Assembly (NCBI GenBank): GCA_002633005.1
Contig: NMRA01000211.1
Span: forward strand, 126,419 to 161,171
Direction of reading: 5' to 3'
Length of the DNA: 34,753 nucleotides
Origin: Phoronis australis
Taxonomy: Eukaryota > Animalia > Phoronida
Positions 9,280 through 22,486 of this stretch are shown here, piece by piece. The notes beneath the pieces were generated by a model that saw only the letters and a list, made by a program, of their open reading frames with translations, was not told the origin of the DNA and did not search any database. Every line of letters begins with the position of its first letter. Position 1 is the first letter of the stretch. Made by a program: the position numbers and the translations under genes.

Positions 9280-12200
9280 AATCACATGGCATGGTGTGTC
9301 CAGTCCATTAGGTAAACATTAAGCTGATTTTGGGTCCAGAAGTTGGAGACAAGAGTCACTGGATTGAAATAAGCTAGAAAACTATCACTTCTGGTTTATA
9401 GGTATGATGAAACTGAATCTGCCAAACTAATTTCATAGTTCTGTCAATGTGGTCGCTAAAATCGTTAGAGCCACATGGAGAACTCGAGCATAAGTTGCGT
9501 TGACAAACTTTATTCGTTTCTTTCTTATAGTTACTCGGTTCAACTGTAACATACAAAAAAAAACGTTCTATGAGACAATTGAACAATACGTTGGTCGTTT
9601 ACAAAGTTACAATACTAATATTAAACATTGCATATATTCTTATTCGGACAACATCAAACTACTTGAGGCAACGCTAATTAAAGTTACAGAGTACGCGTTA
9701 CAATTACGTTGAAGTACTGACTATGTACTGTAACAAAACTAAGTACAAAATACTTACACCAATTTGCGGCATAGATCACGATTAAACTCAAAACTCAAGA
9801 TACATGTAAGGACGTTGAAGCACGAATGAGCTAAGCTGGCGCGCGTTACAGCTATAAACTATGGTGTGCCGAGCAGTTTTACATATTCAAAATTCTAGTG
9901 AAGAATTAGTCACATGGAAAATATACGCGGTAGAAGCTGGAGAGCAAACATATAAACCACCAACAGATGGCGAATATAGTCAGACTACAAACAAGAGTGC
10001 GTCGGCACTTATAGTCAATTCACGCATCAATTTGGAGAGTTTATAGAGCATTTCTCGCATTTTGCCAGTAAACGTTTTGTGCAGGAGTGGGTATCTGACC
10101 CCGAGTTTTGAAAAGGATATGCGAAATTAGATATTGAGGCAAAAAAGCATAAAATAACGAAATTGGTTCTGGGCTGTTCGAAAAAGGAAAAAGTCACCTA
10201 ATACCAGCTGAAATGAGTCGAGGTCCTTTTTACACACAGCCTCACATGAGGAATGGGTTGGAATCTTTCTTTTTTACCCAACATAACCCGAGGTGAAGCG
10301 CAACTTTCCAAATGAGTTGAACACAGACCAGAAACAACTACGCTGTTTTTGGGTTTAGTGTAGTTTCTTAGTTTTTCTAATTCACGTAAGAAGAAATTGA
10401 GACGTACACCATTGAACTTTTCCTGGCCTTACTTACATCCCCTCTCGGCCTGTAAATTGGAAATTGATTTGTAGTGCAACGAAGTTAACACTGACAGACT
10501 GCCTCTGATTAAAAGAATGAGTTCCAGAGATCTGATGGTTATAACAACCTTTTGCTTCAATTAATTTAGGTGCTCTGTGTCTGTACCAGTCCACATTGCA
10601 CTTGGGGCGCTTTCTTTGGTCTGCTGTTCATTTGTCGAAGGCAAACACCGGTGCAGGTCCATAATTTATTTTTGAAAAACTGTTAAGAAATTACCTTTTG
10701 CCTAATAGTCTTGAGACCTATAGGTCTTGGGCTCAGTGGATGGGCAATCTGAGCCAGATTTAAGTCAAATTTTATTTTCTCGTTTCTTCATAAAATATAA
10801 GTAGCACCTAACTTATGCTTTAACCAAGCTCTCTATTAAAAATTACCCTCAGATATTCAAAAATTGTTTGCATTCGCAACAATGTATGAGACCTTAAATT
10901 GAAAAGTGGCAATTTTGTAATTATTTTTATTGAAAATCCTTTGCTGTTCATCTTTTATGGGAATTTTAGCACTTGAAGAGAAGTGTTACATCATCTCCTA
11001 GGAAACGGATGATGACATCACTACATCAGATGTAGTGTGACTCTTGTACCACATAGCATGTTCTCTTTGGTGAACTGATGTTGAATTTCATAAACCATGC
11101 TGTGCTATATTAGATTCTTTTAATTTACCCTATATCCAATGCCTCTTTCCCACCAACACTACAAGTCCCAGGAGTTTTGAGGTGTTTCGGTCAGTGGGAA
11201 AGAAACACCCTCACTTGAACAACCATCAAAACTTCTCAAAATGGGTGTATGAAACTGCGGACTTTGCACAAATGCTCAGCAATGGAAAAGATTAAATCCA
11301 AGCTTGCAGTAATAATCGATAAGCGTCGCAACAAGTTATACAATCACGTGAGAATCAACTGCGCCATCTGGTGTTTAATCCAAAGGACTGGCAGTAACTC
11401 TGACGTTGCTGCTAACGTAATTGTAATTGGAGTTGTGATGGAGTTTTGATTGACATCGAGTCTCTCTAACACAAAAGTGACAAAATGCATTCTGTTTACA
11501 TCATACAATGAAAATGAGCGGGGTGAGGTCTGCAAACAACTTAGTTTTAAGAATAAATGATGTATTAATTAGTTCTTGAGATGTAGTGTGATATCAGTTG
11601 TTCCCTGACAGAGCTGCTAATCTGTAAATGAGCCAATGAGGTGATAAAATTTAGGTTAGAGTCCATTAGCAGTTTAAACAAATAATGCGCCACTGGTAGC
11701 CAGTGGTAAACCAGTGGTAGCCAGTGGTAGGGTTTGTTTGCTCGTGAGCTCATTTAGCTCATTGGTTTGCTGTAACTCCTGTACCTGTTATTTCTATCAT
11801 GATAAGTACATCTGTTTTTCATTTCAGCGTTGTCATACCTTAGCACTGAATTTTTGAAGGACTGTCATCATACAAAGTCTTCTTATTGTGTAAATTCCAT
11901 AGCACACTACACAGAAAATTCTGCATTTTGGGCCAGTAAACTTTTCGACCTCAGAATTCAAGATTCTTAAGATTGGGACATGGGCTACTTTGGCTCTTAT
12001 TATGCTTTTCAAATATTGGGTGCAGCATTTTGTATCAATAGAGTCTCTTTATGTAAGGCTTTAATTGACAAAATGGTTTCTGGCCTTAATTTTCATCAAC
12101 AAGTTTGACAGTTAATTTGCCTGTCCACCATATTACCTGCTGCACAAGTGAAGAATTCCCATAGCTCAGTGGTTTAGGAGACATGGGTGCAAATCCTGGC

Positions 12201-13968
12201 TGACACTGCCAAACACCTGAGCATTGTACAAAAGTGTCTCCTCTGAGCCGAGGGAGTGACTGAGAACCAGGATATAATGCGATGGCGGTTTCCGTAAATG
12301 TTGGTATTATAGTGGATGGAGGTAGATGGATGTTATTGTCTACTGTAAAGCACACATAGAATGAGAAATAAACTCTCTCTTGTATTCTAAACTTTATTAT
12401 TCTAAAAATGTGTTTTATTTAGACAGACGAGGCCACATGGTAAAAATTCTCCAGTTCAGGACGGTAAAAATTTTTTTCTCAAGATCCAAGCTTGTACCAA
12501 ATATTAGAAATAGGTAATATTGTCCTTCCCAAATTCAAGAATTTCGATCAGTGGCCAACGATTATTCACCCTGATGTTGCACACTGTGGGAACGCATGAA
12601 AGTGTTGTATCACTGGCTGTTTGTGATAACTTTAAGGAATGCCAAGTCTATCTTATTCATACAAAACACACTCTTCGATAATGGAGAAGTATCATGAAGG
12701 CGAAAATTGGACGTCTTCCTGTCTTTAAAATGAAGAAAATTCAATATCAGCTTTGATTTGGGTGTCCCTCATTTTAGAGACAGTCTCGAACGGGAAAATT
12801 TTTACCATAACCATGGCTCCTATCCTGTAGTTTGAATGAGTCTGACCTAAATTAGAGCAGACGTGACTCTTTATTCCATGGTTACCAGCATGAAGATAAC
12901 CTCCGCATATTTTCACCCGAAGCACATTTGTGTCACTTTTCGGGAACTGAGACCTCATCTTTAAACTGGTACCGACTAAAGCGACCAGATTATGGTATGG
13001 TTGAGGATGGCAGTTTAATTTCTTGCATTCTTCAAGTTGAAGCACAAGGGTGTTATAGTCAACCACATGTGTGGCCTGTTCTGCCCTGGAGGAACATCAT
13101 GATGATATGAAACAAGTCTTCCTGCATTGATCAGTCTAAAGTTTTCAATAAATTTCTACCTGTTGTGGTAGCAGAGGACTGCTAAGAAATTCTGTTGAAT
13201 TTTCAACTTCATTAAATCACGATTTATCCACGGATGGTCCCAGAGGCAAGAAAGCATTGGACCTCCTTTTGGAAATCAGGCACATTTTCAAGTCTCTCTT
13301 TCGTGTCGGGAAGGCGAAGAATTTCAGATCACGCATCAACGGATATTTATCGTTTTTCAAACTTTCTCACTTTGGAATTGTAGCCCACAGCACAACTAGT
13401 TTATTGGCATTGGAAGGATGAATAGAGTAATGCAACCAAGAAAAACTAGTAGAGAATCGCACAATAAAAAATAACGTGACAAACTCCAGTGGCACAAGAA
13501 CGAGGTAGCAAATGGGCTTGACGGATGTTTACTTCATTGTGGATTAATACAGCGTGATTTGAGTGTGGCTGTGCAATCTGGGACGGCCCTATTAGTGGTT
13601 ACCTCTGTAATCATGGCTGACTATCAGTTTCACATGCAGTCATAGTGTTGCTATACTTTTCCTAAAAATTCTGGATTCACTAATGAGTAGGATTGTATCA
13701 GAACTTTCTTATGGGGGTAACACAAGTTGCTAGAATTCGTTGCTGTTTGCTTATGTGACAAATTGGTGGTATATTTTGATTTTTGAGTATTGGAGGAATG
13801 TTAAAATAATGATAAAAGTAGCCTCTGAATCAATTGTTGCACATGTCTCGTTCTGAGCAATGGCTGACATTACGCGACTGACACTGCACCACATACTTAG
13901 TATGCTGAATGTGAGTATTTGTGTCTTGTTTTAGGATGTAAGCACTTGACGAGTCGATTACAACAAAC

Positions 13969-13991
13969 ATGGCTGCGGCAGTAGGAGTTAT
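13969..13991 (+). CDS. Probable first coding exon (MAAAVGV+AT) of a large plus-strand gene; whole exon 13935-13991
   Basis: Acceptor tcttgttttag ending at 13934, strong start context caacaaacATGG, donor AT|gtgagt. Phase 2 matches exon 22789 (AT+G = Met). Confidence 0.62.
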
Positions 13992-14294
13992 GTGAGTATA
14001 TTATATTTTTTTCTTTAGAAAACTTTGTTAAGTGCTTCCTTGTTGTTAAAAACTAAATGGCTACTTGCGTGTCGATGTCTGTGTTAGAACAGATGGGCTT
14101 AGTTACCAAGATTAGACCCCATGTGCAGAGAATCTGACTGAAACTCCTGAGCCCCCCCCCCCAAGCCCCCTAAGGTGCGTCGCCCATGTACTTTATCCTG
14201 TTCTGGCGTTGCAATGTAGGAGTGCTTTACCCCATAGTTGGTGAAACACTCTTTTGAGTGTATGACTGTTGGTGGCAGGCCACTCATTTCACCT

Positions 14295-14508
14295 CATAAT
14301 TATGTACAACACAATGAGACATCCCTTATTCATATGCATAATTATGTACAACACAATGAGATATCCCTTATTCAAATGCATAATTATGTACAACACAATG
14401 AGACATCCCTTATTCAAATGCATAATTATGTACAACACAATGAGATATCCCTTATTCAAATGCATGATTATGTACAACACAATGAGACATCCCTTATTCA
14501 AATGCATG
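14295..14508 (+). repeat. 42-bp minisatellite x5 (cataattatgtacaacacaatgagayatcccttattcaaatg)
   Basis: Direct tandem copies; explains ORFs 14238, 14269 and 14289. Confidence 0.96.
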
Positions 14509-14789
14509 AATTAAAAAGTGAATATACTAAGTTCAGACCTTATCAATATAGTTAAAGAGGTGTGCTTTGCTAGAGTTAATGAATGGGCTTTGCGTTTTCC
14601 CCGAAGTGCTTAACTGACTGTGTGCGAATTAGGTAGAGCAAGAAGTTGCCACCAAGTAGTCTCGTGCGAAATGAGCGATGGACAAAATATTATTTTTCTA
14701 AATAATTTTAGGTGTACGAAATAAGGTGAGTGTGGTAAACGTGGAGAATTACGGTATTATAAACTGGTGTGTTCTGTTACACACTTGTG

Positions 14790-15056
14790 ATTCTCGAACA
14801 AAAAAGCTCACGCACCTATGAACATGACTCACGCACCTATCAACTCGGTTCACTAACTCACAAACTCGTACCCACAATCATGAAACCAGCCTTACGCACA
14901 CTAAGAGCAAGGCTACGGACTTACGCCTGCTGAGAAGTGCATGAATGAGCAGTGAAGAGTCTGTGTGCCCTGTCCTCATGTGATGGAGATGTGTATGCGT
15001 GTCTGTGAGTCATGCTTTTTGGGTGCGTAAGCCAAGTTTTGTGGGTGCGGTCAAGT
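14790..15056. mobile_element. Degenerate relative of the foldback MITE at 27962-28363
   Basis: catgactcacgcacct...cactaactcacaaac resembles cacgactcacggacct...cactaactcacaaac of the MITE left arm, and gtctgtgagtcatg resembles the right arm gtctgtgagtcgtg. Boundaries are approximate. Confidence 0.6.
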
Positions 15057-15710
15057 GAGGCTATTTCGTCCAAAACATGTTCAGACCAAACAATTCTCTT
15101 GTGACTCTAAAGGAAACCCCCTTTGCCTCATTTGGGATTCACCAGAGTCTGCTGGACTATAAATGATAAATGAGTGAGATTATGTTTGACTAGACCACAG
15201 TGATAGTCTGGACAGGCCGCTAATTGGTCAAATTGCTCAGGAGTCTTGTTATGGGCATAAGTTAGCAGACTTTTAAAAACCAGTTAAGACATATAAAGTT
15301 GGTCATTCTGTTGAAGTCAGCTGGCAACTGTCACAAGTCCCTGTTATATGATGCCCGTGGTATAAATTAGTCGTACCACAAACAGACAAGTAAGAAATTA
15401 ACATAACCTGATCAGGCATAAAAATCATTGGCGAGGAAGTATGAATAAAGTGCGCAAAGTTGAACAGAATTACTTGCGTTTTATCTCAGACGATACAGTT
15501 GTTATAAGCTTTTACATCAGAAATGTTTTGATATTTCTATGTGAATGATCTGCAAGGCCAATAACCCCTAACCTCTCTATTAAGCCGCGTGACATTCAGG
15601 TACTGTCTTATTCACCAACTCACTTTGCCAGGTGTAGATGTACCAGCAAGTAATTTCTGATCTTGTGTATTAGTTATCCCCAGACTATTGCATATATTAT
15701 CAGTTATAAT

Positions 15711-15860
15711 CATGAGCGGCGCACCATAGGGGGCTGGGGGGCTATAGTCCCTCCCCCCACTTTTTTCAGTGCTAGGTCGCACATGGTTTGTAGGCGGTGC
15801 ACCACAGGGGGGCTGAGGGGGCTTTAGCCCCCCACCTTTTTTCAGTGTTGCACCGCCCAT
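15711..15860. mobile_element. Small MITE-like remnant with G/C-run subrepeats
   Basis: Imperfect terminal inverted repeat atgagcggcgca ... tgcaccgcccat. Two internal units of the form gcgg(c/t)gcacca..ggggggct..ggggct...cccccac..tttttcagtg. No clean TSD. Confidence 0.5.
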
Positions 15861-15912
15861 AATAATTACGTGGTGCGTTTTTTCAGGTAAAAACCAAAAT
15901 ATCCCTTCCAAA

Positions 15913-17037
15913 GCTACATTTCACTCTATTTAGGGGACTGAAAATCAAAAGTCAAATTAGGCTTTTTACTTTCATAAAATTGGTTCCATTATATTCCTTA
16001 CAGTCAGGATTCGATTTGTGTTGGCGACAAGAATATTGAAACCATCAGCAGGTCCATGTGAGCTGTGACGGCTATCATCAGGTCTATATGGGCTGTGACA
16101 ACTATTGTCACTCCCAGCAAACAGCTGATGAGGTCAACGCTTCATTGTCATTTATTTTTTGTTGTAGCCCTTTTGAAACATCAGTGATTTCTTGTAAAAT
16201 CGCAAAAACTTGACAGATTTTGCCGTGTCACTGGTCTGGTCAAGGTTAACTATTTGAAAGTCAACCTAATCCCAAAATAGCCACCTGAGTATGCATTTTT
16301 CTTAAATCGATTGTGATCCATTAGTCTTGATAACACCCTTTTGAAATACGCATGCACGCCTTATCAGTCGGGGCGTGAAATACACAAATCCAACTTTTTA
16401 TGCCTTCCATTGGTGTGATTTTTGGATTTCTTTGCTTTATAGTGTGTATTCCTGAGGCTAATCAGTGCTGACCANGCTACATTTCACTCTATTTACGGGA
16501 CTGAAAATCAAAAGTCAAATTAGGCTTTTTACTTTCATAAAATTAGTTCCATTATATTCCTTACAGTCAGGATTCGATTTGTGTTGGCGACAAGAATATT
16601 GAAACCATCAGCAGGTCCATGTGAGCTGTGACGGCTATCATCAGGTCTATATGGGCTGTGACAGCTATTGTCACTCCCAGCAAACAGCTGATGAGGTCAA
16701 CGCTTCATTGTCATTTATTTTTTGTTGTAGCCCTTTTGAAACATCAGTGATTTCTTGTAAAATCGCAAAAACTTGACAGATTTTGCCATGTCACTGGTCT
16801 GGTCAAGGTTAACTATTTGAAAGTCAACCTAATCCCAAAATAGCCACCTGAGTATGCATTTTTCTTAAATCGATTGTGATCCATTAGTCTTGATAACACC
16901 CTTTTGAAATACGCATGCACGCCTTATCAGTCGGGGCGTGAAATACACAAATCCAACTTTTTATGCCTTCCATTGGTGTGATTTTTGGATTTCTTTGCTT
17001 TATAGTGTGTATTCCTGAGGCTAATCAGTGCTGACCA
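15913..17037 (+). repeat. 562-bp tandem duplication across N16475 (15913-16474 vs 16476-17037); probable uncollapsed haplotypes
   Basis: Equal-length copies with about 4 substitutions seen; junction at an N. Confidence 0.94.
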
Positions 17038-18928
17038 TGCGGAAATAACCTTCAGTGGGAAGCCTGTTTTAATCAATGTACCAACCGCATACTTAGGATT
17101 GAGGCTGGGGCTTATGTTCAGTCAGGCAGGCCTTTTGCTCAAGAACTCCGTTTTGAGAGTGTGGTTTTGTAGTGAAGTAGTATTTCGGTAAAATGGCACT
17201 AATTTCGGATAAATATGATCTCCAAAATTGGTCCTTTCATTTTTTCAAAGGATTTTAACACGGCTACGGATGCCCATGATTTCTCAGAATTTTTGTCCGG
17301 TTGTATTTATGTTATAGATCTTGAAAAATGATTTTGTATTTGGCCCGACTTATCTTTTACCGGTAAATGAAAAATGAAGAAAGTAAAATTTCTCCTGTCG
17401 GCCATGTAGTGTCCTAAATTGGTGAAATTTCACTGAAACTTATGTACGTATATGAAACGTTCACTATAGTTTTAAATATGGTATGCTGGTGCCTGGTCAC
17501 GGTTGGAGGACTGATTTGCCCTTTCTTTCCATTCCTAAATCATCCTATGTGCTGCATTGGCAAGCTATGTCAAATATTGGTGTAGATGCTTCTTACTACT
17601 CCAGGCAACTAAGTTACAATCGATTATTCCTATCTTCATAGTTCCTAATGCAAGTTCTGGGTATGATTATAGAAATTCCAAAAGCCAGTCTACTATTAGA
17701 CGGATTATGGCATTTGAATGCACCAGTCTTCCATGTCTGTAAGTGTAAGCTTTCCCTTTTTGTGTTACCCTTTCGCTGTAAGAAAAATCTCGATTAGACC
17801 CTCTGGTCAGCCTTATATTAGTGATCTTTCCCAGGTCTCTCTGTGAGCTGCATTCTTCATCTTGTCATCCTTCATGTTTGTACTTCTATCAGTTAGCTGT
17901 AGCTATTTGCATAGTACTGCATTCTTTTCTCTGCAGTCAGATGGGTATTTAGAAAAATTTTGTCTGGCCGAATGGTGTGTTGGGATTTTGGATGTGGAAA
18001 CAAGAGCTTTGAGCAAGTTAGTGAGTTCTTAAGTAGTATTGGCCTGAGAGTAACATTGTAAATGTCCTTATGAAGGTATTAGAACATTTCTCAATCTTAT
18101 AGATTCCAAAATTAGACAACAGAACCCTTAGCCACACTGCTCCCCATGTCATTTCCCTCCCCCTCCCCCTCCCCCCCTTCCCCCCGTTGTCATCTGCTGA
18201 GGAAATCGAGGTGATTTGACAGCTTTACGCGAAGCCTTTGGATACTCTTCGTCATTTTCAGTAAAAATAAACAGTGTTGACGACGTCATTGGCTTTCAAG
18301 AAAATCTAGGATTTGACTGTGTTTTGTTTGTCTTGGAAATTTCCTCCAAAACTAGGAGCTTCCTGTCCTAAAAACGAGAAATGACAACAAAGCATGGGCA
18401 CCTATTTGTGTGAACACAATACTTAGTGTTTTCATTACAAGTGGACTTTTAATCAATTTTCCTTTACTATCCTTTGCTGTTTTTGTTACCATGGATAAAA
18501 CCACAAATCTTTCAGTATCAGGTCAATAATGTTTGCAAGTGGAAAAACATCATCAGCGGTGCTATTTTTACACCTTCTCTGAATGAAGTTGGGCCTGGTG
18601 TGTAAACAACAGCGGTGCAGTGGTGCTCACCAGCGGTTATTTTTCCAGCACCATCGATTGGCTTGGATAATACACAAAGCCTGCAGTCCACTTGAGGTTT
18701 ATCTCATTTGGGCTTATATTTGAAGCATGGTCAAATTAGCTTAATATTGTCTGCAGTCAGTTCCTAGACTTACAGACCAACTGGCCGACTATGTAACATC
18801 CTTCCTGTATTCTGTGAGGCTCTGCGGCTGTGTTGTCTACAGCTCACCACTAGGAAAGATGAGCGTTATTGGAGATAGTCGTTGTCATTGTGAAAGGTTA
18901 TCTGGGATTCTTGAGGCACCGTTTTAGT

Positions 18929-19035
18929 ATGGGCTCAGAAACGAGTTGTCTTGGCTCTGGCTCCGTTCTGATCCGTCAGTGGTCGACGTGTAGTTTGATT
19001 CCGGCGGACGACTTTGTGTGGAGAAATGATGAGAT
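18929..19035 (+). CDS. Candidate alternative first or cassette exon (MGSETSCLGSGSVLIRQWSTCSLIPADDFVWRNDE+AT)
   Basis: 35 open codons plus AT, then donor gtaagg. Phase 2, compatible with exon 22789. A possible acceptor gttttag ending at 18927 would give a 108-nt frame-preserving exon. Confidence 0.5.
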
Positions 19036-19999
19036 GTAAGGATTGTTGTCACATGGTGTTGTTGTCTCTCAGATCTAGATTCAATCAATCCATGAAGGTC
19101 TGAGTAATCTAGATCTAAATCTAGTCAGCTGAAAGCCAGTGAGTGCATATGAAATTCCTGGTAGTACTGGTAAATGTTGTCTTGAGTTGGAGGTTGTGTA
19201 ATAGCTGAGACTGGATTATTAGATGAGGTGATCATGTAGGTATAACTGGAATGCCTAGTAAGTATTGCTTGAATTGAGATCCATGCAGTTATTGTTTGAG
19301 GGAAGTCTTGTCATTGATGACAAAAAGACTGACCATGAATGTAAATGGCAGTTTTGAATTAGGCATTGTCATATAGTTGTGACCCAGCTTTCTGGTCATA
19401 AGTTACTAATAGATGTAGAAATCACCGGCAAACATTTTCTGGATCGAGGTCCAGTTGTTGCTAAAGTGAAAAAATTGTGTGTTGATGACAAAAATTTAGG
19501 GATGTTCCTATTGAATGCTGTCTAATGTTGGACATTGTGTAATTTTCGAAACTCTGGTTTTCATGGTTTTAGCTAACAATGGAAGTATAAGCTAATTCCC
19601 TATTATAAATATCCTGGATGTATGCTGGCCTAGTTATTGTTTGAAAGAAGTCTTCAACACATGACAGAAAGATGAGGGAAGTTCCTGGTAAACACTCATT
19701 GTCTAAACCTGGTGTGCACACAGTAATGCTAGGACCTTCACTTGGACCTAGCTAAAATCTAGCCAAAGTCGTGTTCTCATTTAAAATACATGGCAATATG
19801 TCACGCAATCTCGCAAAGTCTTGTGAGGTCCTATTGTTCCTGAATGGGAGGCTGGTCATAGCTAGGGTGAAGGAGTGTTTGTGTATGTGTGTGAAGGTGT
19901 ACTTCTGAAGTGTTGCCTGTGCTGTCAATGTTCCTGACACTGAGTGTGTGATACTTCTGTTCCAAAATACCAGTGCCACATTGATTGCAGCATTTACTA

Positions 20000-20350
20000 T
20001 ACCCACTATACCACTGCTGTACCCACTGTGCCACTACTGTACCAATACTGTACCCACTGTACCACTATGGTACCCACTGTACCACTACCGTACCCACTGT
20101 ACCACTGCTGTACCCACTGTACCGCTGCGGTACCACTCCTGTACCCACTATACCACGACTGAACCCACTATACCACTGCTGTGCCCACTGTACCACTGCT
20201 GTGCCCNCCCACTGTACCACTACCGTACCCACTGTACCACTACTGTGCCCACTGTACCACAACCGTACCCACTGTACCACTACTGCACCCACTGTACCAC
20301 TGTTGTACCCACTGTACCACTGCTGTGCCCACTGTACCACTGCTGTGCCC
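20000..20350 (+). repeat. ~20-bp minisatellite (acccactgtaccactgctgt), ~17 degenerate copies, gap at 20207
   Basis: Direct tandem copies; explains the overlapping ORFs at 19831-20534. Confidence 0.95.
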
Positions 20351-21548
20351 GCCCTGCTACTTCATAATTTGTTCCTGCCATGCTGTTCACTATTATTTCA
20401 TATCAAATTACTGTTGTCCTTTTATGTCCAATGCAGTGGGGCAACTGCAAATGCAATTGCATACTGTAGCTGAACTAGAAACTGACAAGTTGGAGAAAGG
20501 TCTCTTGGCCTCTTTACTCCAGCATTGGGATTGAGAAATGCTTGGCATTTCAAAAACTAGGTCATCATCAGTTTTCGTATCTCTGGACAAGAGAATTGGA
20601 ACCTTTACAATTCTGAACAGAACTTGCAGTCCAGTTCCTGACTCCCTACGAAATGTTCTTGAGCAAAATGTGCTTGATTATTAAGTTGATCGTAGAAACT
20701 GAAAGTTGTTTGTCAGGAGCAAATTATCTTTGAGTTTTGAGTTCTAACTGTTCATTCAAGAATGGCTTTGGCTAGATTATACAAATAGATTTTAAAAAGC
20801 ATTTCAAAAAGAACGTTGAATTCTTTAGTATGGTAATTTTTCACTTATTTTGTACGCAGTGATGACGAGTGAAATTTGATTTTGTCAAATTTGTCCACAA
20901 AAATAAAGATCAAAATTTTAGTCTATTACCAGAGTGGTTTGTATTGTGTAAATGTCTTGAAACAACTTTTTGGCAAACTTTACAATATTTCCAGTAAATT
21001 AATCAGCCTTTGGAAGTGGAAAATGACAATTTTAGCAATTGCTTTTGTGTGGATTGAGGTTTGAATTACCTTGACTGGGCCATTCGTTGAATCTTAGTTT
21101 GCTCAAAGATTTTGCATGACTAATGCTACAGCACAAGCCAAAAGCATTCAGGCAAAATGACCCAGAATTCCCTGTCATGATGGCGCGGCGGAAGCCTAAT
21201 TCATCATCAGAGTACCATAGTCTTTCTTCATGACCAAGATAAACAGGAAGGGAAACTAGGTGGCTACGTTAGCCAAACTTTAATTAGAATTTTGTCGCCT
21301 CTATAGTTATTACCAGTATTATTAAAGTTATCAGAATTAGCCGTCATGATGTGGTATTTTGTCTAATTACTAGAACTTTGTCTTGTACTGTATTTGGCTC
21401 ATGTCAATTTTTACTGCCTGTGGCTCCTAATGCTGCCATGTCTGATTGTTATACTTAGCTCACCATTCGCTGACTCACTTGACGGTTTCTTTCATTCTCT
21501 TTATATCCCTGTGTCTGTATGCTTACAAAACCATAGCACCTGGCCTGA

Positions 21549-21605
21549 ATGGGCTACTGTTTTCCTAAGCCACGGTTCAGGTGCCTGTATGACACAACAT
21601 TCCAG
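21549..21605 (+). CDS. Candidate alternative first coding exon (MGYCFPKPRFRCLYDTTFQ)
   Basis: 19 codons ending in a perfect donor CAG|gtgagt. Phase 0, in frame with the acceptors at 22487 and 33246. Confidence 0.4.
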
Positions 21606-22486
21606 GTGAGTAGAGGGAATGTGCAAATGTCAGTGCTCATAATATTGATTTGCCCTCTAGAGGCTCTTCACACTGGCCGCAGGGGCTTGTTAAATGAGGT
21701 GTGCTTTGTGATTATTAGGGCACATCATCAGTCGGACAGGAACCATGTATTCAGTATTTTGCAGAGCTTGTAATTTGTAAAACATTGCAAAGCTCAAGGG
21801 GTTGGTAATCTATAGCATTACCACTTAGACCTTGTATCTGGAGGTTATATACAGCCATTCTCCACTTAGTTGGCACAAAAATTATTGCCAAAATGTTCGT
21901 TTTGCATTCTTCAATGGATGATAACTTTTTTGCATATAATGGGAACTTTAGCAGTGTTGTTTTATGACATGTATGCACTGTGTGCTTGCAATCGACTAAA
22001 ATTTTCTTCATCTTTTTAGGGAGAAATTTAACTAAACTGAGTTCCACTTGTCTGCTAGATTGCCTGCTAAATAGGTGAACAGTTACCTAGACGAGATTTT
22101 CATATTGTATGTTCTTGTTATTTTGCCGATGATTTAAAAATATAAAAATTGCTACCAATGCAAATGTAACTTAATTGTATAGCTCCATGAACTATTTCAA
22201 ATGGTCTGGTTCTGGATAGGATCTCAACTAGCATTTGAAAAGTGGGGGTCCAAATTCGACAAGCATGACTTCCAGCGTTTGCCTATTATCATTGTGACAT
22301 TTATGGTAAAAAAGATGGTATAATGGTCTGTAATCTTAATTTATGCGTAAATATTTTTCGAACTAAAATAATGAATTGTAGGTTTCAATAAATTTTATGA
22401 ATCGGAAATATTTAAGTCCTTGAATTAGCCATGACTTTTTGATGTGATGTTCTTAAGACGGGCTGTTGTTTTCTCTCTCTTGGCAG

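Noticed and set aside
11019-11037. 9-bp palindrome cactacatc-a-gatgtagtg
   Set aside because: Short enough to occur by chance or local slippage, with no supporting context.
12640-13336. Possible decayed coding or THAP-like remnant on the minus strand (MRDLKFFAFPTRKRD...)
   Set aside because: Lacks the conserved Trp and CxxHF spacing; too weak without a profile search.
14238-14555. Repeat-protein ORFs (HNYVQHNE...)
   Set aside because: Open frames on both strands are a by-product of a 42-bp minisatellite.
19752-20590. Cluster of overlapping Cys/His/Thr-rich ORFs
   Set aside because: Mostly produced by the 20-bp minisatellite; no coherent exon structure.
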